A stretch of DNA of 64,000 nt from Squalus acanthias (taxonomy: Eukaryota), in the NCBI GenBank assembly GCA_030390025.1, contig CM059431.1:151964001-152028000 (forward strand). Direction: 5' to 3'. Every line of letters begins with the position of its first letter. Positions within the stretch are counted from its first letter, which is position 1. Both the position numbers and the translations under genes were made by a program. Below are positions 37,485 through 49,499 of this stretch, one piece after another. The notes beneath the pieces were generated by a model that saw only the letters and a program-made list of their open reading frames with translations, was not told the DNA's origin and made no database searches.

Positions 37485-38095
37485 GACGATGAAGGAACGG
37501 CGATGTAATTCCAAGTCAGGATTGTGTATGACTTGCTTGGAGGGGTACCTGGAGATGATGGTGTTCCCATACGAATTTTTGCCCTTGTCCTTCTAGGTGG
37601 ACGAGGTCGCGGGTTTGGGAGGTGCCGCTGGAGAAGCCTTGGCGAGTTGTTGCAGTGCATCTTGTAGATGGTACACACTGCAACCACGGTACGCCGGTGT
37701 TGGAGGCAGTGAAGGTTTAAGGTGGTCGAGGGAGTGCCAATCAAGTGGGTGAGCTTCTTGATTGTTGTTGGAGTTGCACTCAACCAAGCAAGTGGAAAGA
37801 ATTCCATCACAATCCTTACTTGTGCCTTGTAGATGGTGGAAATTCTTTGGGGAGTCAGGAGGTGAGAGACTCGCCGCAGAACACCTAGACTCTGATCTGC
37901 TCTTGTTGCCACAGTATTTGTGTGGCTGGCCCAGTTAATGTTCTTGTCAATGGTAATCCCCAGGAAGTTGATGGTGGGGGATTTGACGATGGTAATGCCG
38001 TTTAATGTCAAGGGGCGGTCGTTGGCTCTCGCTTGTTGGAGATAGTCACTGTTGGCACTTGTGTGGCGCGAATGCTACCTGCCACTTATCAGCTC
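37485..38095 (-). mobile_element. Family B LINE 3' fragment
   Basis: LGITIDK..YKAQVR..IYKMHC. Confidence 0.85.
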
Positions 38096-38206
38096 TGTAA
38101 GTAGCAGACCCATTAAAAAATCCTTTGAAATGCATGCACTGTGAACTGGGTGAGCAAAATTAAACACGGACGGAAGACAATGCAAACAAAGCTTCAAAAC
38201 AGACCT

Positions 38207-39588
38207 GTGCTAAGCGATCCCACAATCAACGGATCATATCAAAGCTCTGCAGTTCTGCTACATCCAGTCGTCAATGGTGGTGGATCATTAATTTACTAGC
38301 GGGAGGAGGATGCTCATGAACATCCCCATCCTCAATGATGGCAGAGGCCAGCACGCTGTGTAAAAGTCAAGGCTGAAGAGTTTGCAACTATCTTCAGCCA
38401 GAAGTGCAAAGTGACATGCTCCAACTCCGGCTCCTCCTGAAGTCCGCACCATCAAAGAAGCCAGTCTTCAGCCAATTCGATTCACTCCACGTGATATCAA
38501 GAAAGGGCTGAGCGCAGTGGATACAGCAACGTGTATGGGCGCCGACATCATCCCGGCTATCCTGCTGAAGACTTGTGCCCCAGAACCAGCCGCACCTCGA
38601 GCCAAACTGTTGCTATATAGCTACAACACTGGCATCTACTTGACAATGTGGAAAGCTGCCCAGGTATGTCCTGTCCACAAAAAGCAGGACAAATCCAATC
38701 CAGCCAAATCCAATCCAGCCAAATCCAATCCAGCCAAATCCAATCCAACCAAATCCAATCAGTCAATGTTGAATCATCGGAAAAGTGATGAAAGGTGTCG
38801 CCGTCGGTGCTATCAAGAAGCACTGACTCGCCAATAACCTGCTCACCGATGCTTAGTTTGGGTTGAGCCAAGTCCACTCGGTTCCAGACATCATTACAAC
38901 CTTGGACCAATCATGGACGAAAGAGCTGAATTCCAAAGGTGAGATGAGAGTGTCTGCCCTTGACATCAAGGCAGCATTTGTCAGTGTGTGGCATCAAGGA
39001 GAGTTAATAAAATTGAAGTCAACGGGAATCAGGGGGAAAACTGTCCACGAGCTGGAGTCATACCTAGCACAAAGGAAGATGGCTGTGCTGACTGGAGGCC
39101 ATTCATCTCAGCCCCAGGATATCGCAGCACGAGTTCCTCAGGGCAGTGTCCTAGGCCCAACCATCTTCAGCTGCGTCATCAAAGAAATTCCCTCCAACAT
39201 AAGGTCAGAAGCGAGGATGTTCGCTGATGGTTACACAGTATTCAGTTCCATTCACAACTCCTCAGATAATGAAGCAGTCTATGTCCGCATGCAGCAAGTC
39301 TTGGACGACATTCAGGCTGGGGTTGATATGTGACAAGTAACATTCGCGCCACACAAGTGCCAGGCAATGAATATCTCCAACAAGAGAGCGTCTAGCTACC
39401 ACCTCTTGATATTCAATAGTGTTACCATTGCCGAATCCCTCCAGATCAACATTTTGGGGATCAACATTGACCAGAAACTTAACTGGATCAGCCACATAAA
39501 TACTGTGGCTACAAGAGCAGGTGAGAGGTTGGGTATTCTGAATGCGAGTGTCTCACCTCATGACTCCCCAAAGCATTTCCACCATCTG
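38207..39588 (+). mobile_element. Family B LINE RT fragment
   Basis: DIKAAF, VPQGSVLGP, MFADG, LGINIDQKL. Confidence 0.88.
38691..38760 (+). repeat. 15-bp tandem repeat (AAATCCAATCCAGCC) x ~4.7 within the LINE
   Basis: Expansion of the KSNPA codons. Confidence 0.95.
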
Positions 39589-40274
39589 CTAATAAAGGCA
39601 AGCACTTCCTATGCATTCTTAACCGCCTTATCCACCTGGCCTGCTACCTTCAGGGATCTGTGGACATGCACTCCAATGTCCCTTCGTTCCTCTACACTAC
39701 TCAGTGTCCCACCATTTAATGTGTATTCCCTTTCCTTGTTAGCCCTCCCCAAATGCATTACCTCACACTTCTCTGGATTGAATGCCATTTGCCACTGTTA
39801 TGCCCACCTGACCAATTTATTTATATCTCCCTGCAGTATACAGCTTCCTTCTAGAGTATCAACCACACAGCCGATTTTAGTATCATCTGCAAACTTCTTA
39901 AACATACCCCATATATTCAAGTGTAGATCATTGATATATACCACAAAAAGCAAGGGACCTAGCACTGAGCATTGCGGAACCCCACTGGAAACAGCCTTGC
40001 AGTCACAAAAACAACCATCAACCATTACTCTCTGCTTCCTGTCTCCGAGCCAATTTTGAATCCAACTTGACACTTTGCCCTGGATCCCATGGGCTTTTAA
40101 CTTCGTGACCAGTCTGCCATGTGGAAACTTAACAAAAGCCTTGCTAAAGTCCATATAAAGGACATCAAACGCATTACCCTCATCTACACTCCTTGTTACC
40201 TCCTCAAAATATTCAATCAAGACTGTCAGACACGACCTTCCCTTAACAAATCCGTGCTGACTATCCTTGATTAA

Positions 40275-40361
40275 AGTGAGAAGTCGCACAACACCAGGTT
40301 ATAGTCCAACAGCTTTATTTGAAATCACAAGCTTTCGGAGCGCTGCTCCTTCGTCAGGTCA
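40275..40361 (-). mobile_element. 87-bp Penelope pLTR micro-insertion with 12-bp TSD
   Basis: Flanked by ATCCTTGATTAA at 40263-40274 and 40362-40373; single-copy empty site at ~60686. Confidence 0.85.
40325..40360 (-). ncRNA. Minimal type I hammerhead ribozyme motif
   Basis: CUGACGA-A-GGAGC-AGC-GCUCC-GAAA-GCUU-GUGA; perfect stem II and palindromic stem III; 5' arm of stem I clipped at the junction. Confidence 0.72.
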
Positions 40362-40860
40362 ATCCTTGATTAATCCATGTCTTTCTAAATAATGATTTAT
40401 CCTGTCCTTCAGAATTCTTTCCAATAATTTTCCCAACACCGTGGTTAGGCTGATTGACCTGTAATTACTCGGTCTACCCTTTCACCCTTTTTAAACAGGG
40501 GCACCTGAAGCCAGAGAGGATTGAAAAATGATGTTCAGGGCCTCTGCTATTTCCTCTTTTGCTTTGCTTAACAGACTGGGATACATTTCATCCGGGTCTG
40601 GGGATTTAACAACTTTTAAAGCTGTTAAACCCCTTAATACTTCCTCTCTCACTATGTTTATTTCATCTAATATTTCACACGCCTCCCCCCTGACAGTAAT
40701 GTCTGCTTAGACCCTCTCCTTTGTGAAAACAAATGCAAATTATTCATTAAGAACCCCACCGACGTCTGCCGTCTCGACCACAGATTAGCCTCATGATCTC
40801 TAATAGGCCCTACCCTTTCTTTAGTTATCCTCTTACACTTAATATATTTATAATGCATCT

Positions 40861-41880
40861 GTCATCGGATTACAGTATGCAGACGGCGATTGCGTCTGCG
40901 CTCACTCGGAGGTCGAACTCCAAACAATCGTCAACACCTTCACCGAAGCGTACGGGAGCATGGGCCTTACACTAAACATCCGTAAGACAAATGTCCTCTA
41001 CCAACCTGCCACCGCCACAGAGGACTGCCCCCCGATTATCATAATCCACGACAAGGCCTTGGACAACGTGGACCACTTTCCTTACCTCGGGAGCCTACTG
41101 TCAACAAGGGCAGACATCGATGACGAAGTCAAACACTGCCTTCAGTGTGCCAGTGCAGCTTTCGGTCGCCTGAGAAAGAGAGTGTTTGACGACCAGGACC
41201 TCAAACCCGGCACTAAGCTCATGGTCTACAGAGCAGCAGTGATACTCGCCCTGCTGTATGCCTCAGAGAGGTGGGCCATGTACAGTAAGAAACTCAAAGC
41301 ACAGGTGAGGTATCACCAACGCTCCCTCCACAAGATCCTATAAATCCATTGGCAGGATAGGCGCACCAACGTCAGTGTTCTCGCTCAGACCAACCTCCCC
41401 AGCATCGAAGCTTTGACCACGCTCGATCAGCTCCGATGGACGGGTCACATTGTCCGCATGCCCGATATGAGACTCCCAAAACAAGCGCTCTACTCGGAGC
41501 TCCGGCAGGGCAAGAGAGCACCAGGTGGGCAAATAAACGCTTCAAGGACACCCTTAAAGCCCCCTTGAAAAAGTGCAACATCCCCACTGACACCTGGTAA
41601 TCCCTGTCCCAAGACCGCAGAAAGCGGAGGAGAAGCATCCAGGAAGGCGCCGAACACCTGAAGTCTCTTCTCTGGGAGCAAGCAGAAGCCAAGCGCAAGC
41701 AACGCAAGGAGCGCACGTCAACCAACACCACTCACCCGACCCTTCAACCACCGTCTGCCCCACCTGTGACAGAGAGTGCAGGTCCCTCATTGGACTCATG
41801 AATCACCTGAGAACTAATTTTTAATGTGGAAGCAAGTCATCCTCGGTTCCGAGGGAGTGCCTAAGACTGCCTAAGGAAGA
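40861..41880 (+). mobile_element. RTE-clade LINE 3' fragment with ~23-bp TSD
   Basis: LQYADG, GLTLNIRKT, FPYLGS, LRWTGHIVRM, RLPKQALYSEL; TSD CTTAATATATTTATAA..CATCT at 40838-40860 and 41881-41903. Confidence 0.92.
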
Positions 41881-44762
41881 CTTAATATATTTATAAAACA
41901 TCTTTGTGTTTTCCTTGATTTTACTGGCCAAGAATTTTTCATGCTCTCTCTTTGCTTTCCTAATATCCTTTTTAATTGCACCGCTGCACTTACTGAACTC
42001 CTGTAAAGATTCTGGAGTATTTAGCCCTCGGTATCTGTCATACGCCTCATTTTTTTTCTTTATCCTTCCATGTATGTCCTTAGATATCCAGGGGGCTCTA
42101 GATTTGTTATTCCCACCTTTTTTCTTTAAGTGCACATATTTGGTCTGAACCCTCCGGATCTCCTCTTCGAATGCCTCCCACTGCTCAGACACTGATTTAC
42201 CTTCAAGTAGCTGTTTCCACAATGGCTAAATCACCTCTGAGCTTAGCAAAATTTGCGTTTCTTCAATTTCGAATCTTTATTCCTGTACTATACTTGTCCT
42301 TTTCCATAATTACCTTAAATCTAACATAATTATGGTCGCTAGCAACAAAATGCTCCCCAACTGATAGACCTTACACCTGCCCAGCTTCATCAAAAAAATT
42401 AAGACCTGAACCGCCCCCACCCTTGTTGAGCTTGCTACATACTGGATAAAAAATTCTCCTGGGTGCATTTTAGGAATTCCGCACCCTCTCTACCCTTCAC
42501 ACTAATTTTATCCCAGTTAATATTTGGTAGTTGAAATCCTCTACTGTTACTGCCCTATAGTTTTTTTGCCCTTCTCCGAAATTTGTATAACAATTTCTTC
42601 TCTCTCCCACTCACTGTTTGGGGGTCTGTAGTACACACGCAGCTGTGTGATCGGCCCTTTTTTGATTTTCAATTTGACCCATATGGCCTCCTTTTGGTGA
42701 TCCCTCCAACATATCATCCCTCCTCACAGCTGCAATAGTTTATTTAATCAATACCGCGACACTTCCAGCCTTTTTAACTCCCGCTCTAACCTGTCTGAAA
42801 ATCCTGTAACCAGGAAAGTTGAGCTGGCATACCTGCCCCACTTTTACCCACGTCTCTGTAAAAGCTATAATATCATAGTCCCAAGTATCTACCTGTGCCC
42901 TCAACTCATCTTTCATTTTCGATATATTCCTTGCATTGAAGCATACAGCATTTAGTAGAGGCAAACCTCCTTGTTGACGACTATCTAGCCCTTGATTCCT
43001 CTGTCCTTCCAATTTACTTTCAACGTTTTTGTTTGCCAATTCCAGTTTTTCTTCCCTCCCTATTGACTCTATACTTAGGTTCCCATCCCCCTGCCAAGCT
43101 AGTTCAAAACCTCCCCAACAGCACTGGTAAACCCTCCCGCGAGGATATTGCTCCCGTTCCCGTTGAGGTGCAACCCGTTTGGCTTGTAGAGGTCCCACCT
43201 CCCCCAGAAACGGTTCATATTCCTCAGAAACCAAAAGCCCTACCTCCTAAATCATCTCTCCAGCCACGCATTCATCTGCTCTATCTTCCTATTTCTGTAC
43301 TCACTCGCACGTGGCTAGTCCGGAGATTACTACCTTTGAGGCCCTGCTTTTAAACCACTTTCCTTCCTCCCTAAACTCTGCCTGCAGGACCTCATCCCGC
43401 ATCCTACCTATGTCGTTGGTACCGATATGGACCTCTACCTCTACCTCTGGCTGTTCTCCATCCCCCTTCAGAATACCCTGCAGCCGTTCAGTGACATCCT
43501 TGACCCTGGAACCAGGGAGGCACAATACCATCCTGTAGTCACGTCTGCGGCCAAAGAAACGCCTGCCCAGCTTCATTCCCTAAAACTAAGTCCTGAATCG
43601 CCCCCGCCCTTGTTGGGCTTGCTACATACTGGCTAAAAAATTCTCCTGGATGTATTTTAGCAATTCCGCACCCTCTATACCCTTCACACTAATTTTATCC
43701 CAGATAATATTTGGGGATCTGAAATCCTCTACTATTACTGCCCTATAATTTTTGCACTTCTCAAAAATTTGACGACACATTTTTTCTTCTATCTCACTCT
43801 CACTGTTTGGGGGTCTGTAGTACACTCCCAGCAGTCTGATCTCCCCTTTGTTGTTATTCAATTCGACGGATATGGCCCCTTTTGATCATTCCTCCAACAT
43901 CTCATCCCTCCTCACAGCTGTAATAGTTTCTTTAATCAATACCGCGAACCCCCACCCATTTTAGCTCCCTCTCTATCCTGTCTGAAAATCCTGTAACCAG
44001 GAATGTTGAGCTGCCATACCTGCCCCTCTTTTAGCCACGTCTCTATAATAGCTATAATATCATAGTCCCAAATATCTACCTGTGTCCTCAGCTCATCTGC
44101 CTTGTTCGCGATACTCCTTGCATTGAAGTATATAGCATTTAGTAGAGGCAAACCTCCTTGTTGACGACCATCTAGCCCTTGATTCCTCTGTCCTTCTAAT
44201 TTACTTTCAACGTTTTTGTTTTCCAATTCCAGTTTTGCTTCCCTCCCTATTGACTCTATACTTAGTTTCCCATCCCCCTTTCAAACTAATTTAAACCCTC
44301 AACAACAGCACTGGTAAACCCTCCCGCGAGGATATTGGTTCCGTTCCCGTTGAGGTGCAAGGCGTCTGGCTTGTAGAGGTCCCACCTCCCCCAGAAACGG
44401 TCCCAATTCCTCAGGAGTCTAAAGCCCTCCCTCCGACACCACCTCTCCAGCCACGCATACGTCTGCTCTACCTTCCTATTTCTGTACTCACCCGTACGAG
44501 GCTAGTCGGGAGATGACTGCCTTTGAGGTCCTGCTTTTTAACCTCTTTCAAAGCTCCCTAAACTCTGCCTGCAGGACCTCATCACTCTTCCTACTTATGT
44601 CGTTTGCAACGACATGGACCAGGACCTGTGGCTGTTGAACGTCCTCCTCAGAATGCCCTGCAGCCGTTCAGTGACAGCCTTGATCCTGAACCAGGGAGGC
44701 AACATACCATCCTGGAGTCACGTCTGCGGCCGCTGAAATACCTGTCTGCACCCATAACTATT

Positions 44763-47327
44763 GATGTAACTAGCAAGGTAAATGAAGGGGAATCAGTGGA
44801 TGTTGTACATTTGGATTTCCAAAAGGCATTCGATAAGGTGTCACGTAAAATTTATTGCACCAGATAAGTTTGAACATACGAACATAAGAGCAGGAATAGG
44901 CCAATCGGCCCCTCGAGCCTGCTAAGCCATTCAATAAGATCATGGCTGATCTGATCCTAACCTCAAATCTAAAGAACACAAGAAATAGGAGCAGGACCTG
45001 GCCACTCAGCCCCTGGGCCCGCTCCGCCACCCACAGGGCCTTGACCGATCCGAACTAAGCCTCATGTCCAATTTCCTGGCCGCTCCCCGTAACCCCTAAT
45101 TCCCTTTACTTCGAGGAAACTGTCTATTATTGTTTTAAATGTATTTAATGATGTAGCTTCCACAGCTTCCTGGGGCAGCAAATTCCACAGACCTACTGCC
45201 CTCTGAGTGAAGAAGTTTCTCCTTATGTCAGTTTTGAAAGAGCAGCCCCTTATTCTAAGCGTATGCCCCCTAGTTCTAGTTTCACCCATCCTTGGGAACA
45301 TCCTTACCGCATCCACCCGATCAAGCCCCTTCACAATCTTATATGTTTCAATAAGATCGCCTCTCTTTCTTCTGAACTCCAATGAGTAGAGTCCCAATCT
45401 ACTCAAACTCTCCTCATATGTCCACCCCCTCATCCCCGGGATTAACCGAGTGAATATTCTTTGTAATGCCTCGAGAGCAAGTATGTCTTTTCTTAAGTCT
45501 GGACACCAAAACTGTATGCAGTATTCCAGGTGCGGTCTCACAAATACCTTATATAACTGCAGCAATACCTCCCTGTTTTTATAACCTATCCCCCTAGCAA
45601 TAAAAGCCAACATTCCGTTGGCCTTCTTTATCACCTGCTGCACCTGAATACTATCTTTTTGATTTTCTTGCACTAGGACCCCCAGACCCCTTTGTACTGC
45701 AGTACTTTCCAGTTTCTCGCCATTAAGATAATAACTTGCTCTCTGATTTTTCCTGCCAAAGTGCATAACCTCACATTTTCCAATATTGTATTGCATCTGC
45801 CAAATCCCCGCCCTCTCACCCAGCCTGTCTATATCCCCTTTTATGTTTTTTATGTCCTCCTCACTTTCTACTTTCCCTCCCATCTTTGTATCATCTGCAA
45901 ACTTTGATATGTTACACTCGGTCCCCTCCTCCAAATCGTTAATATAGATTGTAAAGAGTTGGGGAGCCAGCGCCGACCCCTGCGGAACACCACTGGCTAC
46001 TGGTTGCCAGTCCGAGAATGAACCATTTATCCCAACTCTCTGCTTCCTGTTAGAGAACCAATCCTCCACCCAGAATATTAGCCCCAATCCAGTGATTTTT
46101 TATCTTGAGCAATAATCTTTTATGTGGCACCTTGTCGAATACATTCTGGAAGTCTAAATACACTACGTCCACTGGTTCCCCTTTATCCACCCTGCACGTT
46201 ATGTCCTCATGGTTTTTGTGTAATATCGTTGCATGGATAGAGGATTGGTTAACGGACAGAAAACAGAGAGTAGGAAAATAAATCTTTTTCAGGTCGGCAG
46301 GCTGTACCAACTGGGATACGGCAAGGTTCAGTGCTAGAGCAACAGATACTTGAAGTCTATGTTGTTGACGTAGATGAAGGGACTGAGTTGAATGCATCCA
46401 AGTTAACTGACGATACAAAACTAGGTGGGATAGTAAACTGTGAGGGGAACACAACGAATCTGCAAAGGGATATAGATAGACTGAGTGAGTGGGCAGTAAG
46501 TTGGCAGATGAAGGATAATGTAGGGAAATGTGATGTTATTCACTTATGTAGGAGGAATAGAAAACCATAATATTTTGTAAATGGTGAGAATCTTTGAAAT
46601 GTTGGTGTTCAGAGAGATTTGGGTGTTCTCGCGCAAGAAACACAGAAAGCTAGCATGCAGGTAAAGCAAGCAATAAGGAAGGCAAATGGCATTTTCGTCT
46701 CTATAGCAAGGGGTTTGGAGTAAAGAGTAAGGAAGTCTTGCTACAATTGTACAGTGCCTTGGGAGTACTGTGCACAGTTTTGGTCTCCTTAACTAAGGAA
46801 AGATATACTTGCCTTGGAGGCGGTGAAACAAGAGGTTCACTAGATTGATTCCTGGGATGAGAGGGCTGTCCTATGATGCGAGATTGTGTAGAATGGGCCT
46901 ATACTCTCTGGAGTTTAGAAGAATGAGAGTTGATCTCATTGAAACACACAAGATTCAGAAGGGGATTGACCGGGTAGATGCTGAGAGGTTGTTTCCCCTG
47001 ATTGGAGTGTCAAGAACTAGGGGGCGTAGTCTCAGGATAAGGGGTAGGCCATTTAGGACTAAGACGTGGAGGAATTTCTTCACTCAGACGGTTGTGAATC
47101 TTTGGAATTCTCTGCCCCAGAGGGCTGTGATTGCCGCGTCTTTGAATATATTAATGGCTGAAATAGATAGATTTTTGGTCTCTAGGGGAATCAAGGATAT
47201 GGAGATAGGTCGGGAAACCGGAGTTGAGGTCGATGATCAGCCATGATCTTGTTGAATGGCGGAGCAGGCTCGAGGGGCCATAGGGCCTACTCCTGTTCTC
47301 ATTTATTGTGTTTCTATGTTCTTATGG
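44763..47327 (+). mobile_element. CR1 RT/3' fragment split by a minus-strand CR1
   Basis: VDVVHLDFQKAFDKV resumes at ~46206; TTCTATGTTCTTATG tail. Confidence 0.85.
44872..46205 (-). mobile_element. Relatively young CR1 3' half
   Basis: 341-aa ORF GVPQGS..FADDTK..RPHLEYC; absent at the paralogous site ~63000. Confidence 0.9.
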
Positions 47328-47945
47328 TATTCCCGGTGTATTGCAATGACACAATAGTTACCTTTCCCTCGGGATGCAGATTATGTGGGGCAAAGCTTTC
47401 CTACAAATATTTTCATGTTGCGGTTCCATTGTATCCCATCCCAATCAAATCCACATGCAGGTGCTGCGTGTTCAACCTCGTCATAAGGGCAGATGAATGT
47501 ATCCCGAGCTTGAGCACACCCGGTAAGATCTGGAGCCCCCCATGTGGTCCCATCCACATGGGTCACATACAGCGGGGTTTCGTCATACCTTATTAAGCAT
47601 ACTTCTACATTCTCAACGCGGAACAGAGGATTTGGGTTTGCCTTTTCTTGCAGAATGGGATAATACAATACCGTCCCTAATAAGGTGATGTCCTTCTGTT
47701 CCTGCAAATGGCGGTAATGTTTCATGGTACACCTGTACCAACCCCCTGACTTTGCACATATTCATGGTAAATTGTGGTGTACTTTGCCATCAGCTTTCGA
47801 TCAGTCACCCACAAGAGGAGTTCTCCTGAGCAGGTTTTCACGGGCTTGTTCCACTAACCAAATTCCATACATTACACAAACATTATTTCGTGCGGCCTCA
47901 CTAGAGGCATTCAGATTCTCCTTTAAAATTGTGTTTATCTTTTAA
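47328..47945 (-). mobile_element. Frameshifted env/fusion-glycoprotein-like fragment of an LTR retroelement or endogenous retrovirus
   Basis: Pieces: INTILKENLNASSEAARNNVCVMYGIWLVEQARENL / LWVTD / LGTVLYYPIL..LFRVENV..RYDETPLYVT..PDLTGC..TFICP..CGF / GKGNYCV. Confidence 0.5.
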
Positions 47946-47954
47946 GCTTTTACA

Positions 47955-48482
47955 AGGCCTTTCGGCTCATTGTGCCTGTGCCAGCTCTTTAAAAGAGCTA
48001 TCCGATTAGTCCCACTCCCCTGTCCTTTCCCCGTAGCACTGTAAAATGTTCCCCTTCAAGTATTTATCCAATCCCATTTTGAAAGTTACTATTGAGTCTG
48101 TTTCCACCACTCTTTCAGGCAGTGCATTCCAGATCATAACAACTCACTGCACACAAAAAGTTCTCCTCATCTCGCTGCTGGTTGTTTAGCCAATCACCTT
48201 CTGGTTACCGACCCACCTGCTACTGGAAAGAGTTTCTCCTTCTTTAGTCTATCAAAACTCTTCATCATTTCAAACACCTGCACTAAATCTTTTAACCTTC
48301 TCTGCTCGAAGGAGAGCAAACCCAATTTCTCTGCTCTCCCCCCGTAACTGAAGTCCCTCATCCCTGGGACCATTCCAGTAAATCTCCTCTGTATCCGACA
48401 TCGTTCCTAAAGTGTGGTGCCCAGATTGGGACACAATAATCCAGTTGTGGCCTAAGCAGTATTTTATAAAGGTCTAGCATTA
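47955..48482 (-). mobile_element. Old CR1 3' fragment (paralogous to ~57925-58295)
   Basis: Shares text with the 58-kb copy and precedes the same tRNA-cassette flank. Confidence 0.75.
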
Positions 48483-48905
48483 CTACAAGAGGCCTCTGCT
48501 AAGAAAGACAACGATCTAATCGGCTCTTTTCCCATTTTCGCACATAGTTGCTTTTGAAGCTTTGCTTGCATTCCCCCCTGTCCGTGTTCAGTCTTGCTCA
48601 CCAGTTCCCAGTGCGTGCATTTGCAAAGATTTCCCAATTGGTCTGCTACTGACATGTTGTGTCCATCTTTGCCCTCACCTTAAAGTAGCAGTTAGCTCAC
48701 GATTATCCATTTTTACTTTCACCCACACAGCCCCAGAAAACATAAAACATTAAAGAGCGTGTAGATAGTGGTGGTGGGGCAGGGTATTGGTGAAGTGTGG
48801 GTGTGAGAGAAATGCGCTGTACAGACGGGATCTGTGCAGAAGGATGTGAACGATGTAATGTTGAATGTCAGTCAGTGAAGATCGCTGAATAGCTTACAGG
48901 CATGA

Positions 48906-48978
48906 TACCGGGTGATTCAGTCGGTCGGGCATCCGACTTTTAATCTGAGGGTTAAACGTTCAAGTCCCTGGTCGGGCG
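48906..48978 (+). pseudogene. tRNA-Lys(UUU) pseudogene (73 nt)
   Basis: TCAGTCGG..CATCCGACTTTTAATCTGAGGG..GTTCAAGTCCCTGGTCGGGCG; stem mismatches. Confidence 0.85.
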
Positions 48979-49378
48979 CTGATTTTTACAGTGAAGACAA
49001 CTCCTAAATTTATACTTGAAAGCAGTGAAATTAGAAAATACCCCATCAAAAGAATCATACGTTTACTTGCAACGGTTCAACATAGAGTAAGTAAATACTT
49101 GAAAATGTAATATATTTCAAAATTCAGGGGTTGTGACAAATATGCAACACATATTAAGAAGTTTTATTGAGACAACAGGGAAGAGCAGCTTGAAACGCTC
49201 GTGTTTCATGGAGCTGCATGAACATAGGAATTGATCATCTCGAAACTACCGCTCAATGTATATTAAAGCACCGCCACTGAGACAAATCTTTCAAATACGT
49301 TAATGAGATCAGCATGAACGGTTTGTGCTTCAGGGGGTTGCCTGAAAGATGGAATTGAGAATTTTGATTTAAAAGCAG

Positions 49379-49450
49379 CATTCGTACAGGAACTTGAACC
49401 CTGAACCTCAGATTAAAAGCCTGATGTTTCACCGACTGAGCTATCTGGGT
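49379..49450 (-). pseudogene. tRNA-Lys(UUU) pseudogene, convergent partner of 48906-48978
   Basis: ACCCAGATAGCTCAGTCGGTGAAACATCAGGCTTTTAATCTGAGG..GGGTTCAAGTTCC; acceptor stem broken. Confidence 0.87.
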
Positions 49451-49499
49451 TCGCGCATTTTCTTATATCACAGCGACTTTCAATGGGTTTCAACTAGCT

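Larger units (their letters stand above)
39589..44762 (-). mobile_element. CR1 (ORF1 esterase end + ORF2), decayed, with nested Penelope and RTE insertions and a ~1.19-kb internal tandem duplication
   Basis: CLPG..HIGTND..VVISGL; FNARSI..ETWL; ~42376-43560 is repeated at ~43561-44750. Confidence 0.88.

Noticed and set aside
38095..38225. LINE/tRNA-flank junction near the same LINE position as at ~6245, suggesting an inverted duplication
   Set aside because: The junction points in the cassette flank differ by ~200 bp, so a common origin cannot be shown by eye
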